IMG/VR virus record: IMGVR_UViG_2541047891_000004
Span: 1 to 40,492 of that record
Reading direction: 5' to 3' (one strand)
Length of the DNA stretch: 40,492 bases
DNA from: a virus
Taxonomy: Duplodnaviria > Heunggongvirae > Uroviricota > Caudoviricetes
The notes beneath the pieces were generated by a model that was not told the DNA's origin, made no database searches, and saw nothing but the letters and a program-made list of their open reading frames with translations. Both the position numbers and the translations under genes were made by a program. Every line of letters begins with the position of its first letter. The stretch's first letter is position 1. This document shows, one piece after another, positions 1 through 10,028 of the stretch.

Positions 1-1236
1 CTACGATAACCGCGCATTCAACATAGCTACCTGTTCGTCGTTCATGTCATCAATCCACATACCGTAAATTTCATACACCATTTGCGCAGTTTCATGCCCC
101 ATCTGGCTGGCTATAAATGCTGGGTTCGCTCCTGCCGTCAACAGCCAGCAGGCAAAAGTATGTCGCGTATGGTACGGATTACGGCGGCGAATACCAGCAC
201 GTTTTACTGCTGCATTCCATCTTGCACCCAAACTGCTTACCGAGTAATAAGGTTTCTGTTTTTCGTTACACACCCTGGGCATGAAAACAAAATGCAGTTT
301 TTGCTTTTCAGTTCTGCCGTACTCCCGATGATAAAAAGTGATTTCGCTTTTGCGATGATTCCCGGTCAGTTTGTATTGCTCCTTCAGTGCTTCAAGAGCC
401 GGCTGCAGTAATGTTACCGTCCGGATCCCGGCATTTGTTTTTGGGGGACCGAACATATCAAGTATCGTCAGGTTTCTTCTGACATTCACAATTCCCTTCT
501 CGAAATCCACATCCTCCCACGCCAGAGCTGCCAGTTCCCCGTGACGAAGCCCGGAGTAAACGGCAAATTTCCACAAGTTTTGGCTCTGTCCTTTTTCACT
601 TTCCATTAATGCATTGAATTCTGTTTTAGATAACGGGTCAGGCTTTATTCTGTTTCGCTGTAATTTTTTTACTCCGTCAAATGGTTTGGTTGATATAAAT
701 CCCGACTGATACGCAAAACGTAACAACGAACAGAGCAGGGCGATATAGTTATCAACTGTGCGCACGGTTCTTCCTTTTTTGTTGGATCTTGGATTATCCA
801 GGTAAAGCGTTTCTCCATGCAGCAGTTCATTCCGGTAGTTTAAGATATCGCTATAACGAATATGCGATATCGGGGTACTCTCACAAATTATTATCCTGAG
901 TGTTTTTAATTGTGATTTCGTTTTCTTCATTGTGTTTGTTGTTAACTCTGTCTCTTTAATTTTTGTCCAGATATCACAAAGCTCCCCGAATGTTTTTATG
1001 ACCCTCGTTGTCACCATTTTTGCCCCAGTGCTGGACTGGGGAAAACGTCTTAAATACTCAAATTCACCGGAACTGATTTCATGAACTATCAACGCTCTTA
1101 AATTCCCGGCCTTTTTAATGTTACTGTTAGTAATCTCCCAGCCTTTCAATGTTTCCCGACATCGTTTTCCTCGAAACATGAACCAGATGCGAATGTATTT
1201 ACCTCGAATCTCAACACCTGTTGGTAATTTAGACAT
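1..1236 (-). CDS. intR: Phage integrase, tyrosine recombinase (IntR-like, 411 aa)
   Basis: Full 411-aa ORF; C-terminal HTRHTF...GH...YEIYG matches the tyrosine recombinase catalytic region; position at prophage end next to xis. Confidence 0.9.
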   Translation of the reverse strand: MSKLPTGVEIRGKYIRIWFMFRGKRCRETLKGWEITNSNIKKAGNLRALIVHEISSGEFEYLRRFPQSSTGAKMVTTRVIKTFGELCDIWTKIKETELTTNTMKKTKSQLKTLRIIICESTPISHIRYSDILNYRNELLHGETLYLDNPRSNKKGRTVRTVDNYIALLCSLLRFAYQSGFISTKPFDGVKKLQRNRIKPDPLSKTEFNALMESEKGQSQNLWKFAVYSGLRHGELAALAWEDVDFEKGIVNVRRNLTILDMFGPPKTNAGIRTVTLLQPALEALKEQYKLTGNHRKSEITFYHREYGRTEKQKLHFVFMPRVCNEKQKPYYSVSSLGARWNAAVKRAGIRRRNPYHTRHTFACWLLTAGANPAFIASQMGHETAQMVYEIYGMWIDDMNDEQVAMLNARLS

Positions 1237-1237
1237 A

Positions 1238-1477
1238 TCATGAGTCTTTGATAAACTGATTTATCTTCGGATAGTTGTACCAGATAATCCCTCGCTTACT
1301 GTCTGGCTTCCCTAAAGGAGATACTCGTTTGAAGTGGAAGCCTTCCACCCAACAGTTCTGGCGGTATGCTTCAATTTGTCTGGCACCTAGACCAGTGCGA
1401 AGCATCAGGCCGTATTCAACCACCCACTCTTCATTAAAGATTACTTGTGCCATCGCATCACCTCTGGCAGGCGCCAA
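1238..1477 (-). CDS. Excisionase-like protein (YdaQ-like)
   Basis: 79-aa ORF immediately upstream of int on the same strand, 1-nt spacing; start codon uncertain. Confidence 0.65.
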   Translation of the reverse strand: MAPARGDAMAQVIFNEEWVVEYGLMLRTGLGARQIEAYRQNCWVEGFHFKRVSPLGKPDSKRGIIWYNYPKINQFIKDS

Positions 1478-1552
1478 TGTTAGGCTGAAATTGACGCCCG
1501 ATGTTGATTATTAATAATCAGCTATGAAGTTTTAATTTGAATACAATGCAAT

Positions 1553-1741
1553 TCATGAGGACTGAAGTTTCTCGCAATTAAAATTTATCAGTTTTACTTT
1601 CTGCTCTCTGGAAACGCCTGCTTCTTTTTTACCTGAGAGCATTTTTTCGCATTCTGATTTCGTTAGTTTAGATTTTGAATATCTTGTCCAGTTAGTAGGA
1701 GTGCCTCCTTCCTTTTCAATAGTGGCGGTAATTTTATACAT
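1553..1741 (-). CDS. Small Rac-type protein (YdaC-like), 62 aa
   Basis: Start chosen at ATG 1741 preceded by GGAGG-N5 on the minus strand; overlaps lar stop by 8 nt. Confidence 0.5.
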   Translation of the reverse strand: MYKITATIEKEGGTPTNWTRYSKSKLTKSECEKMLSGKKEAGVSREQKVKLINFNCEKLQSS

Positions 1742-1928
1742 GAACACCTCCATTATTATTTCCAGTGGTTCGTTTATTCCATCGTTCGAGTGCTTCTTTT
1801 TCACTTCCACCATAGCCGGTTCGGGATTCGCATCCGTTACACTTCGCGCGGTAATATCCTGAAATGGCTTTCACCGTTACTGATGGACAACCACAAAACG
1901 GACATGGTTTAACATCGTCATATCTCAT
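1734..1928 (-). CDS. ralR: Restriction alleviation protein Lar/RalR (64 aa)
   Basis: MRYDDVKPCPFCGC...CNGC Cys-rich protein recognised as Rac Lar; inner start at Met14 of the listed ORF. Confidence 0.8.
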   Translation of the reverse strand: MRYDDVKPCPFCGCPSVTVKAISGYYRAKCNGCESRTGYGGSEKEALERWNKRTTGNNNGGVHV

Positions 1929-1984
1929 AATTGTTCTCATAAAAAATATTTCACGTTGGCGGTGCATTACACCGCCTAGCTGAA

Positions 1985-2794
1985 TTATTCCTCTGAATTA
2001 TCGATTACACTGTATTCCCCGGTTAATACAGAGGAATCTGCCGGATCGATTGTCAGTGGTTCCTTTTCATCCATTGATACCGCGCGCTGGATCTCAATTG
2101 ATACGGGCAGGTATTTGAACAGGCGACGAATAGCCGTTTTCTTTGCCATTTCTTCCCAGTGAGTTACCCACGGCCCGTTATTACCAGCTTTACTTTGGCT
2201 GCGCACCAGCTCAATCTGTTTGCGCGTCATAACTTCAAACTGAGTACCTCCGTCTTTCAGTCTTGCGACAGCATAGACGTGGGTAACTGGGGCATCTTCG
2301 TTTTCTCCCGGGCGGTGTATTAACTTTTCATCAAGGCCAAATTCGAAGCTAAACTCGTCACCTTCACGGACAACACGGGCTGACAGGCTGGCGATTTGAC
2401 CAGAACGGCGAGCCAGATCAATCATGCCGCGATAGCCAATGATTAGCTGAACGTTCTTTTTACCGCTCTTTTCGTTTTTATTACCAAAAGGCAGTAAATA
2501 TGCGTGGCCAAGGGCGCTACCTGGCTCAAGGCCGAGCTGTGAACACTGTACGATTGCACTGACAAAACTCATAGTGTCACAGTTTCCTAACGCTGGAACT
2601 TTACGAATTTCTGTGGTGGCGATACGGATCATACGTTCAGCCGTCATATGGCGTGGAAGAGCTGCTGCCAGTTGCTCTTTCATTGATGGCTGGTTAATAA
2701 AACTAATCACGTCGTTATTTTTAACTGCTGCTGGTGCACGGTTTCCCTGAGTTTTTTGCAGATCGGCTTTTGCGATTGGTGGTTGCTTAGTCAT
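1985..2794 (-). CDS. recT: Recombinase RecT (single-strand annealing protein, 269 aa)
   Basis: Translation beginning [16 protein letters not shown] recognised as RecT; start at Met20 of listed ORF; overlaps recE 3' end. Confidence 0.9.
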   Translation of the reverse strand: MTKQPPIAKADLQKTQGNRAPAAVKNNDVISFINQPSMKEQLAAALPRHMTAERMIRIATTEIRKVPALGNCDTMSFVSAIVQCSQLGLEPGSALGHAYLLPFGNKNEKSGKKNVQLIIGYRGMIDLARRSGQIASLSARVVREGDEFSFEFGLDEKLIHRPGENEDAPVTHVYAVARLKDGGTQFEVMTRKQIELVRSQSKAGNNGPWVTHWEEMAKKTAIRRLFKYLPVSIEIQRAVSMDEKEPLTIDPADSSVLTGEYSVIDNSEE

Positions 2795-5438
2795 TTGCAT
2801 ATTCCTTAGCCCAGCGGGGCAGTGATAACGTCTTAATAGCTGGCCATTCATCGGTATTGAGGCAGTCAGCCAGGGTTCGCAGATTGCGGTGATATTCCAG
2901 CTGACCTGCCAGTTTTGCTTCTTCGCCCATCATGAAAATTTCAACCGGATAACGTCCGCATTCAATAGTTGTGCTGGCGACCAGAAAAACGAAAGTTGGC
3001 TGCACTCCAAACTGTGCTTCATAACCGTCACTGTAGAATGCATCCTGAACGTGATAGCGGTAGTCGTAATAAGCGGTTTTGAATCGTTGAATATCCGCCG
3101 TAGTTTTCACGTCCATGATCCAGTGAAATTCAGGGATAATTTTGTCCGGACGGCACCGACACAAAATTCCTGTTTCAGGATCTTCCCAGTAAATTGATGA
3201 TTCAGCGTGTCCGGCGCTTTCAACAAGCCATTGCCCCAGCGGCAAAGCCATAACGCTTTGATACATGAGCTCAATTTTCCGGCTTTCTTCCGCAGTGATA
3301 ACCGTTTTTCCTGTGCTTGCGCATTTCATAAGAAACGCTTTCTCTTCTTCTTTTCCGGCGTTTGTACGGCGGTTAAATTCAGGTGCTACGATAAAGCGGT
3401 TACTGAATTCTTCCGGTTCAAGTACCCGGCAGTGGAAAGCGGTTCCTAAATCGAGCGTTTTTGTCTTTGTGGTGTCCACGGGGGCATTTTTACGCCACAA
3501 ATACAGTGCCGGAGTATCAGCAATGTCATCGAGCTGAGACTTACTGACACCGGGACCCGCGTGGTAATTCTCATTCGAAATTCCGTAATAAATACCTGGC
3601 TCTATGTCTTCTACGATTACGGGAGCTGCGACTTCGCCAGTTTCATCACTGCAATCGCGATGCGGATCGCTGCCAGCATTCTCATTGTGCGGATGTTCAG
3701 CGCCTTCCATTTCCACCGGATCATTTTCCTTGGCTTCAACCTGATTCTCTTCATCGAATGTTTCCTGGTATGTTGCGTCGCCCATCACCGCACCACAGTC
3801 AGGGCAGTTATCCCCGCCAGTCTGACCGCAGGCATTGCAGACTATTTCCGGTTCCTGTTGCACTACTGGCTCAGGTTGTTTCACATCCGGGCTGGTTTTT
3901 TCCGTTTCTGGCTGGTTCTGGTACACAGAATCGCGAGTCTGGATCCCCTTAACCCATTTCGGATCGTTCGGGTCGCTAATTCCGTCAACAAATTCACCAC
4001 GTGATGCAGCAAGCAATTTATCGGCATCGACAGGATTTTTTGATGGAATGTTTTTCCGGGCTTCATGGAGTTCTGCCCGCAGTTCCTGATATTTCGCATC
4101 AACAGAATTTACCTGTGACTGAGCATCCAGCGGCTGCGTGTCCTGATGATGTTCAGTTGCGTCCGGTTCCATTGTTTCAGCCTCTCCCTGTTCATCTGCC
4201 GTTGTTCCAGATGGTTGCGGTTTTTCTTCATCATCCTGTTTTCCTTCTTCTGTTACTCGCTGCGGCATCGGGGCCGAGGAGCGACCGCAGGCAATATCCA
4301 CGATTTCCGGATCAGGGTTGGCATGATCGGTTTCAGTCAGTACTTTGTTCAGATATTCAGTGACGTGTGCGGGGATGACCTCGATCCCAATTGGTGCTTC
4401 TTTCACGGACGCAACCACGATGGCGCGGGAATAATCCAGCCCGCCAGGCATGGTGATGAATTTGTCGCGGAAAACAGAAAAGGGTGGTTTATTTTCAGCG
4501 ATAATTTCCTCAATGCGTTTAGCGTGTGCCGGATGAAGGTTATAGATGTCCACGTCCATTGAACGGGCCAGTACGCCAGTGGCTACATCGCGCGCCAGTG
4601 ACGTCAGATCGTGGACGAAACCTTCGCCGCGATCGGTGAGGTTCCCGCCGCCAGCATTAGCACCGGAAGCCGTGCGAGTGATGCGTGAAACACGATTCCC
4701 TTTTCGCCATTCTTTTGTCAGAAGACCGCGATCAATGTGTTCGGTATCCAGCCAGGCTGAAATGAAATTCTTAAATTCATAGGGCTGATGTTTTTTCGTG
4801 ATAGAGAACACTGCCTTAATTGCATCAGTCAGGCGGAGCAGGGCGGCATTATCCAGAGTTGTCGGTTCTGCCATGCTGCGTATGGCCAACAGCAGATTCT
4901 GGACATAGCTGTTTTCCTGATCCATCTCAAGAGCAGTAATGTGTTCGCGTTGTTCACGGGTGGCATGATGCAGGTATTTCCGATTCCCGGCCGCATACGT
5001 AAAAATGTGCAGAAGACGCTGTGTGAACCGCAAAGTGGATACAGAAACTTCGCAATCCTGGCAATCCCCGTGAGCGTCTGCCAGTGTGTTTTCTTCCTGC
5101 CCTCCCGTCAGTTCTTCGGTTTCCTGAGCATTCTCCTGATGGTGAACGTCGTCTGGCGCTGCTCCCGATTTTAGTTCCCAGGTCATGGAGTCTTTGCTGA
5201 GTTGATAGCGTTCACTCCAGGTAAAATCGATCTCACCTTCAGGGGGCAGGTCATTAACGACAGGAAAATTCGTGGCAACAGCTTTAAAATAGCTGCTCAG
5301 TTTTTTACCTGACTTAACGATCAGGTAGTCCAGAGTGGCACAGGTCGATTCAAAATCGTCGCTTGCCCACAGGACGACGTCAGGTTCACCGGATGATTTT
5401 TTCGCTTTCCGTAACAGGAAGAGTGGTTTTGTGCTCAT
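2787..5438 (-). CDS. recE: Exodeoxyribonuclease VIII RecE (883 aa)
   Basis: [15 protein letters not shown]-terminus and C-terminal exonuclease region recognised as RecE; recE-recT pair intact. Confidence 0.9.
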   Translation of the reverse strand: MSTKPLFLLRKAKKSSGEPDVVLWASDDFESTCATLDYLIVKSGKKLSSYFKAVATNFPVVNDLPPEGEIDFTWSERYQLSKDSMTWELKSGAAPDDVHHQENAQETEELTGGQEENTLADAHGDCQDCEVSVSTLRFTQRLLHIFTYAAGNRKYLHHATREQREHITALEMDQENSYVQNLLLAIRSMAEPTTLDNAALLRLTDAIKAVFSITKKHQPYEFKNFISAWLDTEHIDRGLLTKEWRKGNRVSRITRTASGANAGGGNLTDRGEGFVHDLTSLARDVATGVLARSMDVDIYNLHPAHAKRIEEIIAENKPPFSVFRDKFITMPGGLDYSRAIVVASVKEAPIGIEVIPAHVTEYLNKVLTETDHANPDPEIVDIACGRSSAPMPQRVTEEGKQDDEEKPQPSGTTADEQGEAETMEPDATEHHQDTQPLDAQSQVNSVDAKYQELRAELHEARKNIPSKNPVDADKLLAASRGEFVDGISDPNDPKWVKGIQTRDSVYQNQPETEKTSPDVKQPEPVVQQEPEIVCNACGQTGGDNCPDCGAVMGDATYQETFDEENQVEAKENDPVEMEGAEHPHNENAGSDPHRDCSDETGEVAAPVIVEDIEPGIYYGISNENYHAGPGVSKSQLDDIADTPALYLWRKNAPVDTTKTKTLDLGTAFHCRVLEPEEFSNRFIVAPEFNRRTNAGKEEEKAFLMKCASTGKTVITAEESRKIELMYQSVMALPLGQWLVESAGHAESSIYWEDPETGILCRCRPDKIIPEFHWIMDVKTTADIQRFKTAYYDYRYHVQDAFYSDGYEAQFGVQPTFVFLVASTTIECGRYPVEIFMMGEEAKLAGQLEYHRNLRTLADCLNTDEWPAIKTLSLPRWAKEYAND

Positions 5439-5536
5439 TGTTTTTTAACCTCAACTCAGATTAAAATTACTGCGAGTGATGAATAAATGTCCCAGGTTCT
5501 TCACTCAGGCCTGCACGTTGTGCAGGCTTTCTTTTT

Positions 5537-5812
5537 TCAGATTTCACCTTTTAATTTCATTGCAATCAGAGTTGCCAGAAATCCGGCTTTTTTTTCTACG
5601 GGCAGATTCTTTCCGATGTGAACCAGACTCATTTTTGTGACACCTTCATCAAGTGTTTTTACGTTGCCTGATGGGCCGTCAATATCAACCACAGTGAATG
5701 GGGTTTCTTTATTTTCTGTTTTAATCACGTAGCCAATACGCTTTCCTTCCAGATTAACCTCGTGAACAATGTCATCGGTAGTTACAACAGTGACTTCATA
5801 ATTGGTAATCAT
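5537..5812 (-). CDS. racC: RacC-like protein (91 aa)
   Basis: 91-aa ORF in the Rac position between recE and ydaE. Confidence 0.7.
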   Translation of the reverse strand: MITNYEVTVVTTDDIVHEVNLEGKRIGYVIKTENKETPFTVVDIDGPSGNVKTLDEGVTKMSLVHIGKNLPVEKKAGFLATLIAMKLKGEI

Positions 5813-5885
5813 TTTTTCTCCTTAATTAAGGTTGAGCGAATCCCTGCCATTGCTGGCATAAATTCAGTTTCGCATAGTCAGTTAA

Positions 5886-6062
5886 TTAAAGTTCGTGTGC
5901 CATCTGGTCTTTTTCGGCACAATTTTCACTACAATATTTTTTCATTTCCGTCGTTGGGATAACTCCACGCATGAAATGAAGTGGTCTTTTAATGCTTTTG
6001 CTTTCTTCAATTCCTTTATTGCAAAGGTGGTAAGCACATTTTATTTTCTTAGTCATCACCAT
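5886..6062 (-). CDS. ydaE: Small Cys-rich zinc-binding protein YdaE-like (58 aa)
   Basis: Not in the ORF track (under 60 aa); hand-translated [58 protein letters not shown]. Confidence 0.65.
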   Translation of the reverse strand: MVMTKKIKCAYHLCNKGIEESKSIKRPLHFMRGVIPTTEMKKYCSENCAEKDQMAHEL

Positions 6063-6277
6063 GACTCCGCCTTTACTGGTAAACCATCACGACCGAGGAA
6101 GACTTTAATCATGCAGTCAGAAATGCATGTTTTTGTAGTCAGGTTACGAATATAAAGTTTTCGCTTTTTAATATTGTTTGCCGAGGCGATATATGTCCGG
6201 CCTTCATGAAGAACATAATCACCAGGAGTCACACACTGACGTGGTATTTCATCAGTTCCGAAGTGATGTGCAATCAT
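6056..6277 (-). CDS. kilR: Killing protein KilR (FtsZ inhibitor, 73 aa)
   Basis: [35 protein letters not shown] recognised as KilR; inner start at Met5 of listed ORF. Confidence 0.8.
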   Translation of the reverse strand: MIAHHFGTDEIPRQCVTPGDYVLHEGRTYIASANNIKKRKLYIRNLTTKTCISDCMIKVFLGRDGLPVKAESW

Positions 6278-6450
6278 AATTATCTCCATTTTTACAAATG
6301 AACTTTGTTGATGCGGTGCCTGGTGCCTCCAGGTGACTGCAACCAGTTAACAATTACAGTCGGCTTTCCCACCCAAACCAATAAGGACTAACATGACTTT
6401 TAACTGTGCCGCGTGCGCTTAGCCGCATTCACCGCATCACAAAATTCACT

Positions 6451-6499
6451 TTAAAAAGGGCGGACATCAGTCGAACTTCAAGAAAAAACTGATGCCGCC
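6451..6499 (-). terminator. Putative intrinsic terminator for leftward transcription (tL-like) between sieB and kilR
   Basis: 12-bp interrupted stem GGCGGACATCAGT/ACTGATGCCGCC; on the minus strand it is followed by TTTTTAA. Confidence 0.4.
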
Positions 6500-6717
6500 A
6501 AGACTACACACAGCAGTGTTGTTATTTACAACCGGAGGCGCACTCCCACCATTTAAATTTAACAGACAAGACCGACTCTTTATGGATACCGGAAGTGCGC
6601 CTTCGTGTTGTGCCCGGTTTTATTTCACCACCTCCGGGCTTCGGTGGTCTCGGCTATACCCCTACAGCGAGAGCTTGTGTTAACATTTCAATACCCTTAC
6701 AGTTGAGAATTATTGAT

Positions 6718-7206
6718 ATGTTGGATGTATTTACTCCATTGTTGAAACTTTTTGCTAACGAGCTACTCGAAAGACTTATGTATACGATTATCATTTTTGG
6801 TCTCACTCTCTGGCTGATACCGAAAGAGTTTACTGTCGAATTCAATGCTTATACTGAAATACCTTGGCTCTTTCAGATTATCGTTTTTGCCTTTTCTTTC
6901 GTGGTCGCCATTTCCTTCTCAAGATTGCGAGCACATATTCAAAAGCATTATTCATTACTACCAGAGCAACGAGTATTGCTTCGTTTATCTGAGAAAGAAA
7001 TCGCTGTATTTAAAGATTTCCTTAAAACAGGAAATCTTATTATCACTTCTCCTTGCCGTAACCCGGTTATGAAAAAATTAGAACGGAAGGGCATCATTCA
7101 ACATCAGAGTGATAGCGCAAACTGTTCTTATTATCTCGTCACCGAAAAATACTCCCATTTTATGAAGTTATTCTGGAACAGCAGGAGTAGACGTTTTAAT
7201 CGTTAG
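6718..7206 (+). CDS. sieB: Superinfection exclusion protein SieB (162 aa)
   Basis: Membrane protein MLDVFTPLLKLFANELLERL...; lone rightward gene in the leftward early region, as in lambda. Confidence 0.8.
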   Translation: MLDVFTPLLKLFANELLERLMYTIIIFGLTLWLIPKEFTVEFNAYTEIPWLFQIIVFAFSFVVAISFSRLRAHIQKHYSLLPEQRVLLRLSEKEIAVFKDFLKTGNLIITSPCRNPVMKKLERKGIIQHQSDSANCSYYLVTEKYSHFMKLFWNSRSRRFNR

Positions 7207-7358
7207 CTTACTGTGTGCTTCTCCAACCATCGGCGCGCACCAGTTTCGGTTTTAAATGTTTTGCTTTTGGTATACGTCATAGCAGTGAACGTTCCATCTT
7301 GGTTGGGGAACACGCCGCACACTAGGGATTCGTTATTGCCGAGGTCGATTTTTTGCAT
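7203..7358 (-). CDS. ydaF: Small protein YdaF-like (51 aa)
   Basis: Hand-translated MQKIDLGNNESLVCGVFPNQDGTFTAMTYTKSKTFKTETGARRWLEKHTVS. Confidence 0.6.
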   Translation of the reverse strand: MQKIDLGNNESLVCGVFPNQDGTFTAMTYTKSKTFKTETGARRWLEKHTVS

Positions 7359-7368
7359 TTTTCGCACC

Positions 7369-7503
7369 TCACATTTTGTTGTTGCGGATAGAGGCTTCTG
7401 CCTGCCAGAGATCCCAGTCGTTGCTGCGTAGAGCCTGTACAGCCTGGCTGTAAGTGATATCGCAACAATCCATCAAATACTGAACTACTTCGTAATGCAC
7501 CAT
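7369..7503 (-). CDS. ydaG: Small protein YdaG-like (44 aa)
   Basis: Hand-translated MVHYEVVQYLMDCCDITYSQAVQALRSNDWDLWQAEASIRNNKM; first gene downstream of the putative pL. Confidence 0.6.
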   Translation of the reverse strand: MVHYEVVQYLMDCCDITYSQAVQALRSNDWDLWQAEASIRNNKM

Positions 7504-7672
7504 CTTATCTCTCCCCTTAACGCCGGGTGGCGGAACTAACTGCTGCACTGCAAAATTTGAATCCCGCCGTCATGTTCATACGCCTCGGGCTGGCTACTTA
7601 ACCCCTTACCACTGCCTGGTAACTCGAAGTATTGCCCTGCGTTCTGTGGGGCGGGGTGGGTGGTATGCTGGA

Positions 7673-7737
7673 ACTATAGGTAATGCCTAATTGATTGTCA
7701 ATAGGCTATGCCTAATGTTTTGGGCGTAACCTAATAG
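7673..7737 (-). promoter_or_regulatory. OL-like operator cluster with putative pL promoter
   Basis: Minus strand reads TTGACA (7701..7696), 17-nt spacer, TATAGT (7678..7673); overlapping palindromes TAGGCTATGCCTA and CCTAATAGG. Confidence 0.6.
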
Positions 7738-7810
7738 GTGATGGCGACAGGAGAAAGTGATGGGGGGTTAAATAACGGAATCCAAGAGTTTTCCGTCAGA
7801 CCATATAAGT

Positions 7811-8287
7811 TTAAGTTCCAGTTTTTGTGATGTTCTGGCTTTTCCGTTCAGATTCTAGAGCTTTCAGATACTTACCCACTTTCATTTCCATCGCTGCTAT
7901 GTAGGCGCGAACATCGTGGTCAACCCAATCTGGTTCTGTAGTATTTCCAGATAACAGGAAAGCTACAATCGCTCTTATTTCATCAGAGGCTGCTTGATAA
8001 AGGTTGTTTATATCTAAAAGTTCACTTTTTGTATCTGAATTGGTGGGGGTTGGTATGGGGTATTCGTTAAGCCCCCAATGCTCTGGACCAACAACATCAG
8101 AAAAGAAACGCCATAATTCTGGAAGTTTATCTTTACTTATGGAGCCTTTCTTAATCCAGTCATAAATTGATGGTGGTTGGACTTTGAAGTGGCGTGCGAC
8201 CTCCGCCTTTGATTTGACGGATCCCGATGCGATTTTTTTGTTAATGGCCTGCTCTATCGCTCGGCCTAAGTCTTTACCACTAAGCAT
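7811..8287 (-). CDS. racR: Prophage repressor RacR (CI-like, 158 aa)
   Basis: 158-aa ORF recognised as RacR; divergent from cro-like ydaS with operators between and beyond. Confidence 0.85.
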   Translation of the reverse strand: MLSGKDLGRAIEQAINKKIASGSVKSKAEVARHFKVQPPSIYDWIKKGSISKDKLPELWRFFSDVVGPEHWGLNEYPIPTPTNSDTKSELLDINNLYQAASDEIRAIVAFLLSGNTTEPDWVDHDVRAYIAAMEMKVGKYLKALESERKSQNITKTGT

Positions 8288-8310
8288 TGCTTAATATTCT
8301 CCTATGCTCA

Positions 8311-8384
8311 TTGCATTAGGCAATCCCTACCCTTATCGCATTAGGCATAGCCTATTGACATTTATGTTAGGCGTCGCCTAATAT
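8311..8384 (+). promoter_or_regulatory. OR-like operator cluster with putative pR (and divergent repressor-maintenance promoter)
   Basis: TTGACA 8355..8360, 18-nt spacer, TAATAT 8379..8384; perfect palindrome TTAGGCGTCGCCTAA 8367..8381; 8339..8360 is the exact reverse complement of 7696..7717. Confidence 0.65.
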
Positions 8385-8410
8385 TTCTGTGTGTTTTTGG
8401 AGTTCATTCG

Positions 8411-8707
8411 ATGAAAAAAGAGAACTATTCATTCAAGCAAGCTTGTGCTGTTGTCGGTGGGCAATCAGCAATGGCTAGGCTTTTAGGTGTATCACCTCCA
8501 AGCGTAAATCAATGGATCAAAGGGGTACGTCAATTGCCTGCCGAGAGATGTCCAGCAATTGAACGTGCAACAAGAGGTGAGATTCTGTGCGAAGAGCTTC
8601 GTCCTGATATTGACTGGTCATATTTACGACGTTCGGCATGTTGTTCGCAGAATATGTCAGTGAAGCAACTAAATGACAGTAACAAATCCTCATTTGATCA
8701 TACCTGA
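8411..8707 (+). CDS. ydaS: Cro-like HTH regulator YdaS (98 aa)
   Basis: HTH region QSAMARLLGVSPPSVNQWIKG; first rightward gene after the operator region. Confidence 0.85.
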   Translation: MKKENYSFKQACAVVGGQSAMARLLGVSPPSVNQWIKGVRQLPAERCPAIERATRGEILCEELRPDIDWSYLRRSACCSQNMSVKQLNDSNKSSFDHT

Positions 8708-8729
8708 AACATCAAGAGGCAAATGATTC

Positions 8730-9152
8730 ATGAAAATCAAGCATGAGCACATCGAATCAGTGTTGTTTGCCCTGGCAGCAGAAAAAGGGCAGGCATGGGT
8801 AGCCAATGCAATTACTGAAGAATATCTGCGCCAGGGGGGCGGCGAATTGCCCCTGGTTCCAGGCAAGGACTGGAACAATCAGCAGAATATCTATCACCGT
8901 TGGTTGAAAGGTGAAACGAAAACGCAAAGAGAAAAAATTCAGAAGCTGATCCCAGCAATTCTGGCAATCCTTCCGCGCGAGCTGCGTCACCGACTCTGCA
9001 TCTTCGATACCCTGGAACGCCGTGCATTACTGGCGGCGCAGGAAGCGTTAAGTACGGCAATTGATGCGCATGATGATGCAGTCCAAGCCGTTTACCGGAA
9101 AGCGCATTTCAGCGGCGGCGGGTCTTCCGACGATTCTGTCATTGTTCATTAA
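8730..9152 (+). CDS. ydaT: YdaT-like protein (CII-position regulator/toxin, 140 aa)
   Basis: 140-aa ORF recognised as Rac YdaT. Confidence 0.8.
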   Translation: MKIKHEHIESVLFALAAEKGQAWVANAITEEYLRQGGGELPLVPGKDWNNQQNIYHRWLKGETKTQREKIQKLIPAILAILPRELRHRLCIFDTLERRALLAAQEALSTAIDAHDDAVQAVYRKAHFSGGGSSDDSVIVH

Positions 9153-9164
9153 GCAAAAGTTTCC

Positions 9165-10022
9165 ATGCTGTTTGTGCTTATTCTAAGCAACCGGGCAGCA
9201 TCATACGGGGCAATTATGGCCGCATTACCATACATGCAACTGTACATAGCTGATTACCTGGCTGACACCATGCATTTGTCAGCAGAGGAGCATGGTGCGT
9301 ATTTGTTGCTGATGTTCAATTACTGGCAAACAGGAAAGCCAATACCTAAAAACAGGCTGGCAAAAATTGCCCGTCTGACTAACGAGCGATGGGCTGATGT
9401 TGAACCATCCTTGCGGGAGTTTTTTTGCGATAACGGCGAGGAATGGGTGCATCTTCGGATTGAGGAAGATCTGGCATCAGTCAGGGAAAAATTAACCAAA
9501 AAATCAGCCGCAGGAAAAGCATCGGTTCAGGCCAGAAGAAGCAGAAAGGAAGCAGATGTTCAAACAAAACAAGAGAGAAATTTAACAGGTGTTCAAACAG
9601 ATGTTGAAGTGGTGTTTGAACATGATGTCAACACAAAGGCAACTAATAAAGATACAGATAAAGATCTAAAAACAGATCCCCCCCTAAATCCCCCCCGGGG
9701 GAATCGAGGTGGCAAAAAGTTTGACCCTCTGGATATTGCTTTGCCGAACTGGATTTCTGTCTCGCTTTGGCGTGAGTGGGTTGAATTTCGCCAGGCATTG
9801 CGTAAACCGATTCGAACGGAGCAGGGCGCTAACGGGGCGATACGGGAGCTGGAAAAATTCCGCCAGCAGGGTTTTTCACCTGAGCAGGTGATTCGACACA
9901 GCATCGCCAATGAATACCAGGGCTTGTTCGCGCCAAAAGGTGTTCGACCTGAGACGTTACTCCGACAGGTTAACACCGTCTCGTTACCGGATAGTGCGAT
10001 CCCGCCAGGCTTCAGGGGGTAA
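9165..10022 (+). CDS. ydaU: Replication initiation protein YdaU (285 aa)
   Basis: 285-aa ORF in the lambda O position directly upstream of the DnaC-like loader; true start may be Met18. Confidence 0.75.
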   Translation: MLFVLILSNRAASYGAIMAALPYMQLYIADYLADTMHLSAEEHGAYLLLMFNYWQTGKPIPKNRLAKIARLTNERWADVEPSLREFFCDNGEEWVHLRIEEDLASVREKLTKKSAAGKASVQARRSRKEADVQTKQERNLTGVQTDVEVVFEHDVNTKATNKDTDKDLKTDPPLNPPRGNRGGKKFDPLDIALPNWISVSLWREWVEFRQALRKPIRTEQGANGAIRELEKFRQQGFSPEQVIRHSIANEYQGLFAPKGVRPETLLRQVNTVSLPDSAIPPGFRG

Positions 10023-10028
10023 CTGACC

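Noticed and set aside
2889-5174. Cluster of plus-strand ORFs (60-147 aa) inside the recE locus
   Set aside because: All lie antisense within the long, well-supported RecE reading frame; typical shadow ORFs
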